From Azolla caroliniana (lineage: Eukaryota > Plantae > Polypodiophyta): 64,000 bases of DNA. Positions 46,975 through 61,741 of the stretch are shown in pieces. The notes beneath the pieces were generated by a model. It was not told the origin of the DNA. It saw only the letters and a list, made by a program, of their open reading frames with translations, and ran no database searches. The stretch lies in assembly GCA_043228905.1 (NCBI GenBank), contig JBHGNT010000015.1, positions 10,354,001 through 10,418,000 on the forward strand. Direction: 5' to 3'. Within the stretch, counting starts at the first letter, position 1. Each line of letters opens with the position of its first letter. A program made the position numbers and the translations under genes.

Positions 46975-49900
46975 TCTATTTCGACCTAAGCTGCGAGACA
47001 CTAGGTTTGCTCCTCTCATTACCTTTGTTAGACCTCTCTACATTTCAACATACAATGTAGCAGGTCCACCACATTATTGTTGTCAAGGATGGCTCAATCA
47101 TCTTCTATATGGAATAAGAAGAGGAAAGAAATTATAGAAGATCCAGTAGATACAAAATGGCTTCAAGATAGTTTAGTAGAGGACTTTGCAGAGGCTAGGA
47201 AGACATGGGATGGGTCTTTGCCAAGCAAGAAATTTACTATCCCATCACAAGACTTGTTGAATCCTTTAAAAGTGTACATGTCAAATGCTATTATTCTTTT
47301 CTTTCCTGGGAATATGCCTTTTGCAAATGACGTGGCTCAATGGATAAATGCAATGTTTAAAGTCTATGTAGTTAGTGGAGTTTATTTCGCTGCTAGAGGG
47401 TTTTATGAAGTATTGCTATCAGAACCAAAGTACAAAACTCAATTACTTGAGGAATCTCCTTTAACATATAGAGATCAAATGGTTCATGCATTGCCGTGGT
47501 CTTTGACAAAAGACTATCAAGGGCTAATTCGTCACAAATGTCCCGTCTGGGTAGAAGTGCTTGATTTTCCATGAAATTGGAATCATTTGTTACCTACAAT
47601 TGCGGCAAGAATGGGGAGAGTAGTATGCCCCCCGAAAACTACAAATACTTCTAATAGATTTTGCATTCTTTGGGACACAGATGTTCCGATCTTGGAAGGT
47701 ATCACCCTCAATTTAGATGATCCAATTATTGGTGCAAGACCCTTCAAGCTGAAATGGGGAAAATTTGCAGGTGCATTTTACACATGTAACAAGTTTGGTC
47801 ATATGCAATCAGAATGCCTAACACTGACCATTCAGCCACCTGAAACTGCAATGTTGAAACTTGCATCATTGAAAGAAAATAGCCAGGTTTCTTCTTCAAA
47901 GGCAACAAACCAATCTATGATGCAACCCATTCAGAAACCGAGAGTACAAGACAAAGGGAAAAGTAAAGTCCCGCAGACAATTGGTAATGTGCAATGAAAC
48001 CTGCACGATTTGAAACAAGCCTTTGATGTGGACAAAGAGAATAATGAAGGTTGGCAAATATCTAAGAAATCCTTTAGAAGGAAGAAGCTTGTGGTGGTGA
48101 GAAACTACACTCATGCACTTGAGAATCAAGGTTCATCTTTACAAATTAATGCTTCAATGCTCTCTTCAGTCTCAGAAGCTTGGAAAAGGGTGAGTAGAGG
48201 CTCATATGTGGACATTTACAAAGATGGATCAAATATAGATATTAGGCTTCATGCAAATAAGCATGGCGGTGATACTAATATGCAATCAGATTAGTATTTT
48301 GCTTTGTTTTATATCTTCAACCATATTAATCATGCATAAACAAGTAAAATGTGTCTCCCTCAATATACGGGGTCTTTGTAACCCTAGTAAATGGAAATTA
48401 TTTTGGAACTATATTACCTCTTCTCAAGCAGATATAATTTGTGTTCAAGAACATAAACAAATTGAATTCAGTGGTCAAGTTGGTATATTTCGAGGTTTTG
48501 ACATCTTCTATGCAGGACAAGGTACAACATCTGGAGTGCTTATGATAATAAAACATGAGCTAAATCCTACGGTTGCCTATAATGATCAACGTGGGAGGTG
48601 GATGGTTGTGCAATGCAAGATAAATGGTGAGACATATGATTTTGGTGGAGTATATGCCCTGAATGCCTCAAGGGATAGAGCTTTGCTTTGGCAAGACATT
48701 TGTGCTTATCCATGGCCACAAAATACATTTATATGTGGAGATTTCAACAACTCTCCAAATGCAGATGATAACACTAGTGGGCACTCACATATTTTGAGAG
48801 AGGAACAAGGTTAGTGGTATAATATGCAAAGCTCATTGGATTGGGTTGATTTATGGCAAATGACACACCCACATGTTCCTGGTTTTACCTTTCATCACAC
48901 CACCCACTTTGCATACTATGCAAGGCTTGATAGATGGTATTTGTTGCATGCTAGTCAGTATAAAAATTTCACATGTACAATGCATATAGATCATGCTTTG
49001 CAGTTGTTAGATCATGCTCCTGTTTGGCTAGACCTTTGGGAATCATTCCTATGAAGTGCATCTCCAAAGGAAGAGACTTATGCTCATTAACAACAACTAC
49101 CTCAAGCATGAACTCTTCAAGACGATGGTCTATGACATAAAAGCTCCTCTTTATGTAGAATTCAACATAGATGTTGATATAGCATGGGTACATTTTGTGC
49201 ATAGATTACAAACAATAATACAAGAGTATGGTAAGTGGTATGTCTCAAGACAGAGAGATTACACTCAACAAGCCAAATTTACTTGTCAAACCCTAACGGA
49301 GTTAGCACATAGACGATCTTTGACTTTACATGAAGAGGAGGCATTGTGTATGGACAAACACACATTGATGCTACATGACAAAAATAAATTGGAAAAATGG
49401 CAAGTGAGGTCAAGACAAATTCCATTGAAAGACAAAGGATGCTCTTCTAAATCCTGCTTCAAAAGGTTGCATCTAATACGCCAAAGGGAATCCATTAAAT
49501 TCATCAAAAGTGGTGATGGTTTGTGGACTACAAACTGACTTGAACTAGCCAAGGAATGTGTAACTCACTTCTCTCACATCTTTGAGAACAATGTCGTTGT
49601 TACAGATGCAGTTAAACAAGCTAGACATACATTCTTGTCACTAGTTCAACCCACTATTTGTGTTGATAAAGTTATTGCTTTGGATGCAACATTCACAATG
49701 GAGGAGCTCGTGGAGGCTCGAAAGGGCCTCGGGAAAGGCAAAGCGCCTGGTTGGGATGGTATTACGTTAGAGTTCATTACAGAATTTTGGGATGTTCTTA
49801 AGGATTTAATCCTATTTATGACAAATAATGCTTGGCAACAATGGGATATGCCGATCTGATGGAAAGAAGGTTTGGTCAAATTAATACCAAAAAAGAAACA

Positions 49901-52379
49901 GTGCGAATCTTTTTTAGATTGGCGACCAATCACTCTCATGCCAGTGATCTACAAACTTATTGCAAAGATAATTGCTAATCGTATTAAGGACGCTTTGTTG
50001 GGATGCATACACGTAAACCAGTATGGGTTCATTCTTCAAAGGCAAATTATAGATAATATTGCTAATGCTTATATTGGAATGGAGTATGCCAAATACACCA
50101 AACAAGATGTATTGCTCATGCAAATTGACACCATCCAATGGGATTTTGTGGTAGCCACAATGGTCAAACTAGGATTTGGTCCGAAAATGCCTCAAGTAAT
50201 CTATTGGCTTTATGGGTATAGTACATCTAGGTTGTCCTGTAAGTGCATTATTGAGGGTGAATTGATAGATTCATGGAGCTTAGCCAAATCAGTATGACAA
50301 GGTTGTCCTGTAAGTGCATTGTTGTATGCAATCGCAACTCATCCACTACTATTGTAAATGGATCATCTAGTATCAATTGGTCAACTTCATGGTTTGCAAA
50401 TGAAAGATGGACATGATTTCGTGGCTCAAGCATATGCAGATGATACATCATTCCTATCACAAAACAATCCAAATAATATGAGGGTGATTATGGATGCCCT
50501 CAAATTGTATGGATTGGCTGTAGGATTGCATGTTAACTTCAACAAGTCCAAACTTCTACCCTTGACGCCATGTAGTTGGCATCAAATTCTATGGCTAAGT
50601 CAGGTTGTTAGCCCAAATGAAATGGTTAGACATCTTGGCTATCCATTGGGATGGAATGCAATAGGGAAAAGAAAGGCTGAATGGGTTCTGCAAAAAGTGA
50701 GACAAAAGCTAAGCTATTGGAAGATTGCAACATGGCCACTCCATGTCAGATTGAGGATAGTGCAATCAATTTTCATGGCTTATATGCAGTATTACTTAAT
50801 TATGATTGATTGGCTGAAACACATGATACAAAAGATTAACTCCGAAATCATAAGCAACTTTTTGTGCTCTAAGGAGTCGCATAGAGGTATACGACTTTTA
50901 TCATTAAAGAAGATATGCACTTCATGATTGAGTGGAGGGCTAAATTTTCTTAATTTGCATTTGCATATGTTGGCTAGAAATGCTACTTTATTGCCGAAAT
51001 TTGCTGAAAAAACATTGCCTTGGGCAAGAATGCTATGTGATATGTTTGATCATTTGAAAACTAAGTCATTTGGCTCATGGGGAACTAATCATTGGGATGT
51101 AGTGTTTGGAAAGCTTGACGAGCACATCAAAGGTTGTCCATTTAGTTCAAAGCTTGACATGTCGTTATAATCTTGGGCCACATCATCACGTTATATGGAA
51201 CCAAGTCACTGAGTTGGTGCTTTCCTTAGTACTTGTGCCACCTCTCAATGGAGATTGCAGGATTCAAGATTGGATGTTACAAAAAGGGAACATTGTTATT
51301 CCAATGCATAACATTACAACACATTCAGTGTATATGTTGTTGCAACCTGTCCCATGGTTTCACGAACATGCAAATGCATTATGGAACCTACACAAAACGC
51401 TGTCCTGGTGGAATAACAGGCTTGCAAGCTTATGGAGCTTTGGTCTTCCACTTAAGCAATGGGTATTCCTATGGAGATGCTTATTGGGTGTGCTCCCGAC
51501 TGGGTCGAATCTTAAAAAGTGATCGATAGCCTCGTCGCATTGTGGAAGATGTGGTGGACGATTGGAAATAGTCCCACACTTATTATGGACTTGTTCATTC
51601 ACTACAACATTTGTACAAAGACTAAGTGCATCTCTTTATCAAAGATTTCCTAGCTGAAGGTTTGGTAAACACTTTTGGATATTTGGACAAATTCCATGCG
51701 CCTATTTTCTCCAATGGACACGATTTTGGGCACTTTGGACCATTTGGACAACCCGCAATAATAAGGTCTTTGATCGAAACCAACTGCATGAAGTTAGCTT
51801 CGTTAAGCAATCCCTCAGGCAATATCTATTTGATTGTCTACAACTTAGAGACATCACACTCCAAATTTACAACCTTTTCTTTGAGCGCTTTTAAGCTCTT
51901 TAGTGTCTAATAGACACTTGTATATTTTTCTTTATTCATTGTGGGTTTTCACCTCACTTTGAGGTTTCCCACTAGTAATAAAAGTGTTACTAAAATAATA
52001 ATAAAAGATCTATAATTGAAAAAAGTTGTCGTAATCATGAATTACAACACCACCACAATATTATAATGGTGTCCTTTTACTTCATATAACACCTTGTTCT
52101 TTTAATCTTACACAAATCATAACAATAAATAGCATGTTTTCCTTAATAAAAAACAACTAGCATGATTTGTTGTTAGAAAATTCCACGCCCATGTGTGCAA
52201 CTGAGCATGATCATGAGGGTCTTTTACTAAGAGAGATGGTCTTGCCACAAGTGTTTCTCAACGTAGCATATAGCATAAAATAGTGAAATGCACATAAGAG
52301 ATCAAAACCAGTCTACTTAGCTTCTTACTTCTTAATCAATTTATAGTTGATACAACGGAACCCATTTGGGTTGGCTTGG

Positions 52380-52496
52380 CTAAAAAGGGTGTGCTAAAAG
52401 GGTGGGTCATTTTGGGCACACACATCCTAAAAAGGGTGTGCTAAAAGGGTGGGTCAACTTGGGTACGTGCATCCTAAAAAGGGTGAGCTAAAAGCG
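52380..52496. repeat. Three ~46-bp tandem units CTAAAAAGGGTGTGCTAAAAGGGTGGGTCA
   Basis: Directly visible, inside the putative LTR. Confidence 0.8.
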
Positions 52497-55008
52497 TGGC
52501 ACAAAGGAACACATGGACGCCACAATATGACAGAGAATATTTGGGAGAGGAGATTTAAAGAAAAAAGAACAACTGAGGTTTAGAAAAAGGAAGAGATGAG
52601 GAAAGACTTGGTAGAAGAAAGAAGAGGGAGTAAGAACTATTATGAACTAGGGTGATTGAAATGCGAAAGGTCTATTACTATTTATGTTCTATAGTTAGAA
52701 AAGAACTTAAGCACTCCTTGTCGGTGTTTGAGGATAACTTGTTACTCAATTTGGATTTCGGATAAAGAAGTTAGAAAATTTGTTTTGTTCCATCATAGTC
52801 TTCTTATCCATGACTTGTGTTTTTCTGTTTTTTTGAATTTTTGAAAAATACCCTTGTGTAAATCCATTCAAAAAAATTATTTCCTCGATTTTTGTGACGC
52901 TTCAAACTTCTATATTGGTCTTTATATAATGTATTAGCAATAATGTTTTCTTTGAAACAAAAACTGACTTCACATTTAGCCTTTCCCCCTTTCTTTTCAT
53001 GTTGGCGAACTATTTATAGTGAGCTTATAATAAAGAGATGTGAAAAATGCTCCGTCACCTCATAGTAGGCTATGGATAAAGGAGTATTAGTAGTAAGAAA
53101 ACATATCAAATTATTGTATGAGAAAAAACTACTATTAAGTAGTGGGAAAAAACCTCACAGGCATATTGAGAATCATCACGATCTTTCTCCTTGTCAACAC
53201 AAATAAAGAGAGTATTATAAGTGTTATTTCTTCATCCACTTTTAGAACATACATAGGATCACAAGATACATCCTCCTTAATATAAATATCAAGTGAACAT
53301 ATGCATAAACCATTCAAGTGAGAGAACTTTTGCATGAATACCTCCAAAGCTTTTACATTTGTTGGAGTTGCCATCTTTTAGATTGTTTTGATCTTTGACC
53401 TATCAACCTTGATCCTTCTTGATCACACAACACATTCTCCACATGATATTATATGGTATATATGGCTATCTCATGTAGAATCTCATCATGGAAAGGGAGT
53501 GGAAAATGATCTCGTCTGGTTGAAGCATTCAAGGATTATGTGCATCATGCTCGGACCCAGATCCAAAAATCGAGACTTAGGAGTGAGAAATGGTTTGTCA
53601 CTGGTTTTTTGAATGCTATTCCCAATGGGGATTACCATTGGATTGTCCATGACAAGGACCCCACAACTTTCGAGGAAGCCCTCAACATTGTACTTCAGTA
53701 CCATAGGACTTCCAAGAAAGACCACAATAAACCTGATATCGCCAAAACTCTAAATGTCAAGTTCATTGGGAAACGTAAGCAATCGAGTGACACTCTTGAC
53801 TATGACTCAAAGAAACCGAACCTCTTCTATGCATAATGCAAGAAGCGAAGTCACACAAAGGATACATGCCGTCGTCTTGAGAGGAAGTTAGTGAACACCC
53901 TTCCTCAAGACAAATCTACGAGTCACATAGGTGAGGCTTTTGATGTTATTGAAGTTCATACGAACCACTTAAGTTCATGTGAATGCACTTTTCCTTCACA
54001 TTTACTTGGACCTAATGATTTACTCCGAGCAATTGGGTATATCAATAGAACACAAGCACATTTCTTGTTTGATTCTGGTAGTTCTCACAATTTTCTTAAT
54101 GATCACTTGGTGCAATAAATGTAACTCCACATAAACGCAAGTGATCATATCTATCAAGTTCACATGGCAAATGAAGGCATTCAATACATCAGTGGCATTG
54201 TTTGTCAACTGCCAATTCAAATAGATACCTATTTGGAGAAGCTTGACTTCCATGTTATGAAACTAAAATCGGCAGATGTTATTTTAGGATACCTTGGTTT
54301 TTTAATAAAAACCGTTCTTTGTCCATTGATTTGGTTAATCACTCAATCACTTTGAACTTAATAATTGTAGACATTTTATTCAATGTTCCAAACTTCCTTC
54401 TCGTTCACTTGTGTCTTATAAATCTTTAAGTGAGTATTCTAGTTCATTAATTTATTCATGTATAATTGATCTTGTGCTTCAATTTTATTATTTTAGTATT
54501 GACGCCACACAATTACCACATTATGAATGGCAATTACTCGACTCTAATTTAGACGATTTTCAAGACGTGTTTCCTAACGAATTTCCACTAACATTACCAC
54601 CAAAACGTAATGTGGACCATCAGATTGAACTCATTCCCGATGCTGCTCCAGTGAGCATTCCACCTTATCAAGTTAGTCGATTGGAAGAGGATGAGATTGC
54701 TAAACAAATTAAGGAATACTTGAGTATGGGAAACACAAGGTATAGTAAATCACCTTGGGGTGTGCTAGTTCTTTTAGTTAAGCGGAAGGAAGGTTCATGG
54801 CGAATATGTATCAATTATCGTCATTTGAATAAAATGACAATAACAAATGTAAATCCGTTACCTCGAGCCGATGATTTGATTGATCATTTGCATGGGGCTT
54901 GATATTTTACGAAAATTGACTTACGAATAGGTTATCATCAGATTCTCATTGCCGAGGATGATATTCCTAAACCCACTTTTCATACGCGCTATGGCCATTA
55001 TGAGTATT

Positions 55009-58000
55009 TGTAAAGAATAGCGTGTGGAAGCTTGTAGACAAACCAGCTCAACCGGATTACAACAATAAAATAGAGAATGAAGGTTTAATGGAAGCTTAAG
55101 AATAGAGAATACATAACAGAGATAGAGAAAGCATAAAGCATAAACTCAACTCAAAATAATAATGCTCTGTATATAGAATGTGCGAAGAGAGCACTTTTAT
55201 ACAAGTCCTTACACGGACTGATAGAAGTACTGACAAGTACTTCAATGCTCATACGAGCGACTGACACTGACTCCTAAAAATACGCCTACGTACTAGGCTA
55301 GATTCGTAGGCCTCTAACGGCCTACCGGTTACAATCCAATCCAACTCTTGGTTTTGGATACTATCTGGACACCGATTTGGTTCTTTGTTCCGGCTCTGGG
55401 CCAATTCGGATCCGGTTGAGCTTGTCTGCTCAACACTCCCCCTCAAGCTCAACTTGAGGTCGGATCGCAATGTCTGTGTTTGTGGTAATCAGTCCTCTCC
55501 TTCGGCTCCACCTGGTGTCCTCCCGCCTGGCTCGTGCTCCTTGCCTAGTTTGGTTCTGCTTTCCTCGACCCGTCTGGTTCTGCGCTCCTCGATCTTCTCG
55601 GTCGGCTTGTTTGCTCATAAGGCCCTTCTCAGCTCCTTCAATGTTGTGACTCCGACGCGTCGCAAGCCATTAGTTCCTCCGTGTCAGTGTCAACTTCAAC
55701 TGCCTCCTCGTCTGTTTGGCCTTCTATTGATTCGGCTCCTCCGAATCGAACTACTTTTTAGAATCGGCTGCCTCCGATTCGTTCCAACTGTTGTCGGAAT
55801 TGGCTATCTCCAATTCGTCATTAGTCTTCAAGCCCTTGACCACATCGGACCAAGTCTGGGTCTTGGCCTTCTTGTTCCACTCGGCTCTGTCCTTCTTGAC
55901 TCTACTGCCGTCGCCGCTTGTTTCGACCTCATCAGATGTGCCGACTTCTTCAGTCGACTTAGCTTCCTTTTCCTTCTTGTCTCCCCCTATTTTCCTGATT
56001 TTCGTTCTAGTTCTCCCTGTATCAGTTCCAATTCCCCACCTCAAGTGCGGCATGTCGAAATGTTGAAGCCCAAGCATCTCCAAAAAATGTTGCAACTTGT
56101 CGGTTCCAAGGGCCTTCGTGAAGATGTCGGCAACCTGTCGATCCATCCAGACATACTGGAGTTCTACTTCACCTATGAGGACTGTGATAATGCACTTCTA
56201 TGTGCTTTGTCCGAGCATGGAACACAGGGTTCTTGGTTAGCTGCATGCTGCTCATGTTGTTGCAATAGATCGGGATCAGAGTCACCACTTCGATCCGTAG
56301 GTCTTGCAACAGTCGTCGAAGCCAAATAGCTTCGTAGGTGGCAACAATAGCACCCCGATATTTAGCCTCAGTGCTCGATAGAGCCATAATTGGCTGCTTT
56401 TTGCTGCTCCAAGCAACAACCGCACTACCAATAGAGAACATGAATCTGATACTGGACCGTCGATCGGACACATGTCCAGCCCAGTCAACATCCATATAAC
56501 CGACCAGATTTTCAGTAATACCGTGTCGATATAATAGTCCTCGGTCCTTATTGCCGTTGACATATCTTAGTATTTGGTGCGTGCACTGAAGGTGCTCCAC
56601 GGTTGGCTTTTGCATGAATTGGCTTATTGTGCCGACCGGATAGCTAATGTCGGCTTGGATGATAGTTAAATAAATGAGGCTTCTGACAATTTGTCGGAAC
56701 CGTTTCTCATTGAAGGCCGCCGGTCAAGAGTCGGCACTACACTTCAAGTTCTGGTTGGCACTCTGTCATGGCGAACTTGTACAACATATTTAGCACATAA
56801 TGTCTTTGTGGGAGCAATATGCCATACGAGGTGTGGAGCACTTTGATCCCGAGGAAGTAATGAAGGTCCCCCAAGTCCTTCATTTCGAATGCATCTGACA
56901 ATTAGGACTTCACTCGGTCGATTACAGCAAGGTCGGGTTCGGTGATGACTAGATCATCCACGTATAACAAAATACATACGGACCTCTTGGACCTGTCCGG
57001 ATGAACAATGAAGAGCCCGACTTCAAGGCTGCAAACCCCATCCTACACAACCTGTGCGTGATCTTCGAGTTCCAATTCCAAGCGCGGCGGGCTTGCTTTA
57101 GGCCGTAAAGGAACTACTGACTTGTTCAACTCCGACTGAAAACTAGGGGGTTGGATTATGTAGACCTATTCTTCAAGGTTGCCTTGAAGAAACACATTCT
57201 TCACGTCCGTTTGGTGAAGATACCATCCCCTTGTCGCAACAACCGTTAGCACCACACGAACTGTCGTCATCCTCGCTACCGGAGCAAAGGTCTTGTCATA
57301 GTTGATTCCGTGGGTCTGCGGTATCCTTTGGCCACTAACCGGGCCTTGTACCGGTTGACTAAAATATCAACATTGTACTTTGCATTGTACACCCACTTGC
57401 AACCGATCGGTTTGCAATGTCAGGGAGGGTCAATCAAGTCCCATGTGTCGTTGGCATCAAGTGCTCGCATCTTCTACGTAGCTCTCTGGCTCACACACTT
57501 CTGCCACTTTCATCATGTACGCATAGTGATGCGCCACGTACTCATTATATACGTACCTTAGCCGGAATGAAATTGGCCTCTCATCCAGAGTACCGAATAC
57601 TTCATCTTCTGCCCGTATTGTTTCGGGCTCACTTGCCTCATCCTTTGGAATCGGGTCGGAATCAGACATCGGTGTCAGTAGAGAGTACCATGATGTCGAC
57701 TCATCAAATTCGACATCTTAGCTCACTTGAACTTGTTTTGTTCGGGGGTTATAGTACTTATAACCCTTTTGCTCATGTGAGTAGCCGACAAATCTGACTT
57801 CGGGTTCAGCTTTCTCTGCTTCTCATCCGGCACATGCACATATGCAATGCTACCGAATATCTTAAGGTGCCTTAAATTCGGTTTCCGTCGGAAATACGGC
57901 TTGTGTGTTGATACCTTATCCCCGATCCGGTTTTGGATGTAGATGGCCAACCAGACCACTTCAAACTAGTAGAATTTGGGCATGCTCTTCTCTTCCAGCA

Positions 58001-60430
58001 TTGCCCGCGCCCCCTCCACAATTGACCGGTTCTTCCTTTCAGCCACACCGATTTGTTCCGATGTGTATCAGCAGCTAAACTAGACTCTCCGAATTCCCTT
58101 CTACTGCAGATAGTTGTTGAATTGGCCAAAAAAATATTCTTTTCCACCATCTGACCGTAGGCACTTGATCTTCCTCTCTGAAATTCAACAAGACTTTGCA
58201 GATTCTAGAAAAAGTCGAAGAGGTAGATCCATGTAGTCGTCGATGAAGGAGACAAAATACTGACTCCCGCCAAGACTAACGTTCTGTGTTGGTCCCCATA
58301 CATCCGAATGTATTAGATTGAGCTTGTTACGGATCTGGTTTCTTTCGATGAGGAACAGAAGCCGGTGTTGCTTCCCGAGCTGGTAGGCTTCACAAATTTG
58401 GGCCTTCCGGCCACTAAATTTTGGCAATCCGAAAACAATCTGTTTTGATGCAGGTCTTGAAGCCTGTGATAGTTGACGTGGCTAATCCGCTTGTGCGACA
58501 GGTCGATATCTAATTCGACCTTTTGTCTTTATGCGAACATAGTAGTGCTGACGTCGTTGGTGTCGAGGATAAACATCCTCCCGTCCTTGTGCCCTTGCGC
58601 AGTTATTTGGCCTTCTTTCTCAATGAAGCACCCGAGGTGCGTAAACTGCACTTGCATCCCCTGGTGACGATCTACCCGATCGACACCAGGTTCTTTGTGA
58701 TTATCGGAACATGTAGTACGTTCATTGGTTTTCCTTTTTGTCAAACATGGCTTAAAGGGACTTCTCGACATGCACAATCGGGTGAGGAGTGTCGTCTCCG
58801 GTTTCGATAATTCCTTGTTGCTTCGGCTTTTCCAAAAAATAGAACCACCCTTCATGGTTCGTCATGTGGTTTGATGCTTCAGAGTCAATGTAGCACACTT
58901 CCTCCGATCCGGAAGTGGTCTTCTTCATCGAGTTCGCCTTGTGCTTCATCACAAAGGCTGGCCCTTTTTTGGTCTTTCCAGTTTCGGATCCTTCTGATCC
59001 TTCAGTGTAGTGCGATCTTTGACAACTCCCTTGTCTTGTCTTGCCAAATCCGGATTTATCCGAATTGGTGTGCTTCTTCTAACACTCACTTTCTCGGTGG
59101 CACTTCTTGCCACAATACCAGCATTTCATTTCGGCCTTTCCTTGTCGGTTTTCGGTGCCACTTTGACTCCCCCTTCTTATGGAGGGTCCGGAATTGCTGT
59201 TGGTACTATCTTTGTGCCTCCGGTTCTGCTCGTGCTTGCCTATGTTATTGCATGCCAACCCACCTCTTCCTCCACGCCCACGGGGCCGATCCGCCTCCGT
59301 GTACAACATCTGTTGTCCGATTGAGTGGTTCTCGACCCACCTGCGTGGTTTTCTTCGACCATCAACATATATTACAGGTCGAAGAAGGACGGTGGTTTCT
59401 GCAGGGTGCAAATTGTTGTCCGGATTGGGCCGTACCGTTGTGCTAGACCACCGAGGAAATCTGGACCATCTCATCCTCGTCCATCGTCACATTGATGGAA
59501 CGAAGCGCGTCGCAGATGCCCTTGATCTTGGTGGTGTAGTCGGTGATCGACATGTGCCGTTGCTGGATACTATTGAGCTCTTGCTGGAGCTGCAACTTCC
59601 GAGGCATGGTACTTGCCGCGAAAACCTTCTGGAGATTTTCCGAGGCCTCCTTCGGTGACTTTGCATCTCTCATGTAGCCTAGCATCTGGTCGTACACATA
59701 GGACGCGAGACAATACAACACTATGCTCGCTCCTTGCTCTCATGCCGGGAAGTCCTTGTGTGCTGAATTCGACGTTGCTCCTTCCACGTAGCTCCAGTAT
59801 CCAAGCCCCAACAGGTAGTGGTGCATCTTATACGACCAGGATGCATAGTTACTCCAGTCGAGCATTTCTATTGGAAGTGATCTCGCCATGCATCTCTCCA
59901 TACCTTCTCTTTTCGGTCTATTCTTTTACCGATGGTTAGGGTTTGTCTTCAGAAAAAAAATGCTTGTCGGCAGCAGAGGTTCTCAACCCTCGCGCTATGA
60001 TACCATGTAAAGAATAGTGTGTGGAAGCTTGTAGACAAACCAGCTCAACATTACAACAATAAACAGAGAATGAAGGTTTAATGGAAGCTTAAGAACAGAG
60101 AATACACAGGAGAGATAGAGAGAGCAGAGGCACAAACTCGACTCAAAATAATAATACTCTGTACATGGAATGTGCTCAGAGAGTAGTTTTATACAAGTCC
60201 TTACACGGACTGATAGAAATACTAACAAGTACTTCAATACTCATACGAGCAATTGACACTAACTCCTAAAAATACACCTACGTAGTAGGCTAGATTGGTA
60301 GGCCTCTAACGGCCTACCGGTAACAATCCGATCCGGCTCCTGGTTCCGGATACCATCCGGACACCGATCCGGTTCTTCGTTCCGAACTCCGATCCGGCTC
60401 TGGGTTGTTCAGCTCATTCAAATCCGGTTG
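55009..60430 (-). mobile_element. Degenerate Ty1/copia element nested in gypsy RT
   Basis: 3' LTR 55009-55435 with PPT; 5' LTR 60006-60430 (outer tip deleted along with a few host codons); Met-type PBS 59994-60005; gag CWYCGKKCHRESEC, YIDSEAS, HSDVWGP, RT and RNase H fragments; host RT reads HYEY| ... |FGLTNA across it. Confidence 0.92.
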
Positions 60431-61741
60431 ACGTCATTCGGGTTGACTAATGCTCTAGCCACATTCCAACAAGTGCTGAATGGCGTTTTGTGATATCAAC
60501 TCGGTGAATTGGTTGTCGTCTTCTTGGATGATATTCTCAAGATCATGTTTAACATGTTCGATTTGTTTTGCAAAAGTTGTGTGACGATTCTTTCTATGCA
60601 AAACAATCAAAATGTGATTTTTTCCAAAAATCTATTGTGTACCTAGGTCATTTAATTATGGAAAATGGCGTTGAAATTGAACCTTCTCGTATTGAAAAGG
60701 TAAACTTTGGCCCATTCCTCATAATATTCGTGAACTTCGATAATTCTTAGGATTTGTTGGATTTGTATGAAAATCAATTCGTAACTGTTCCAAATTGACT
60801 GCACCATTAATTGACCTTTAAAAGGTCATCCATGCAAGTTTGTCAAACCAATTTCGTGGAATGGAAACTTGACATATCATTTGAGACACTCAAAGAGCAT
60901 GTGTGTCAAGCTCCCACTCTTCTATTACCGGACCCATCCAAGCCTTTCTCAATCTAAACCGATGCTAGTGGTTATGCTATTGGTGTTGTCCTTTATCAAG
61001 GCGGTCACCCTATCACTTTTGAAAGTAAGAAGCTTGATGCTACTCAATCTCGGTATTCAGTTCAAGAGAAAGAGTTGTTCACGGTAATACATGCACTAAA
61101 AACATGGAGGCGTTATCTCTATGGAAATCAATTTGTGGTTACAACAAACCATCAATCCTTGAATATGTTGTTACTAGCACCCTACCTTCGAAGGCAACCT
61201 TTCACATTACAAATGTTTTGCTCTACCGTAGTGGAAAGGTTTGTGTTCTAGATTTACCAAACATACAACAAAAAATTATTCATAAATGTCATGATGCACC
61301 ATCAACTGGTCATCGCGGAATACAACGCACACTCGTTCTCATCTCAAGTACTTTTTTCTAGCCTAAGATGCGCTTTGACGTGCATAAATATGTGACTCAA
61401 TGCTTTCAATGTCAGATTCATAACTCGGAACCACTTAAAGTTGTTGGTATTTTACATCCCTTAGATATTCCCAACAACAAATGGGAAAGTATCTCGATGG
61501 ATTTTATTGTTAGTTTACCTCATACACAGAGGGGTCATGATGCCATTTGGGTTGCCGTTGATTGACTAACAAAATTGGCTAGATTTATTTCTACCAAAAC
61601 CACAGTAACCACTCAACAATTGGCTTATCAGTTTGTTGATGAGTTATTTTGTTTTTATGGATTACCAATGGATATTGTTAGTGATTGAGATTCCAAGTTT
61701 ACTAGTGACTTTTGGACTTAGTTCTTTAAGAAACTAGAAAC

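Larger units (their letters stand above)
41591..52005 (+). mobile_element. Full-length degenerate L1-type LINE with a copia nested in its 5' UTR
   Basis: 15-bp TSD AGATCTATAATTGAA (41576-41590 / 52006-52020); ORF1 ~47089-48294 (RGFYEV, CPVWVEV, CNKFGHMQSEC); ORF2 ~48332-51910 (SLNIRG, VQEHK, GDFNN, DHAPV, WRPITL, QGCP, YADD, CGRC); AAT-rich tail. Confidence 0.92.

Noticed and set aside
55385-56329. 314-aa plus-strand hydrophobic ORF
   Set aside because: Antisense shadow of the purine-rich copia RNase H, tail and 3' region; no domain recognised.
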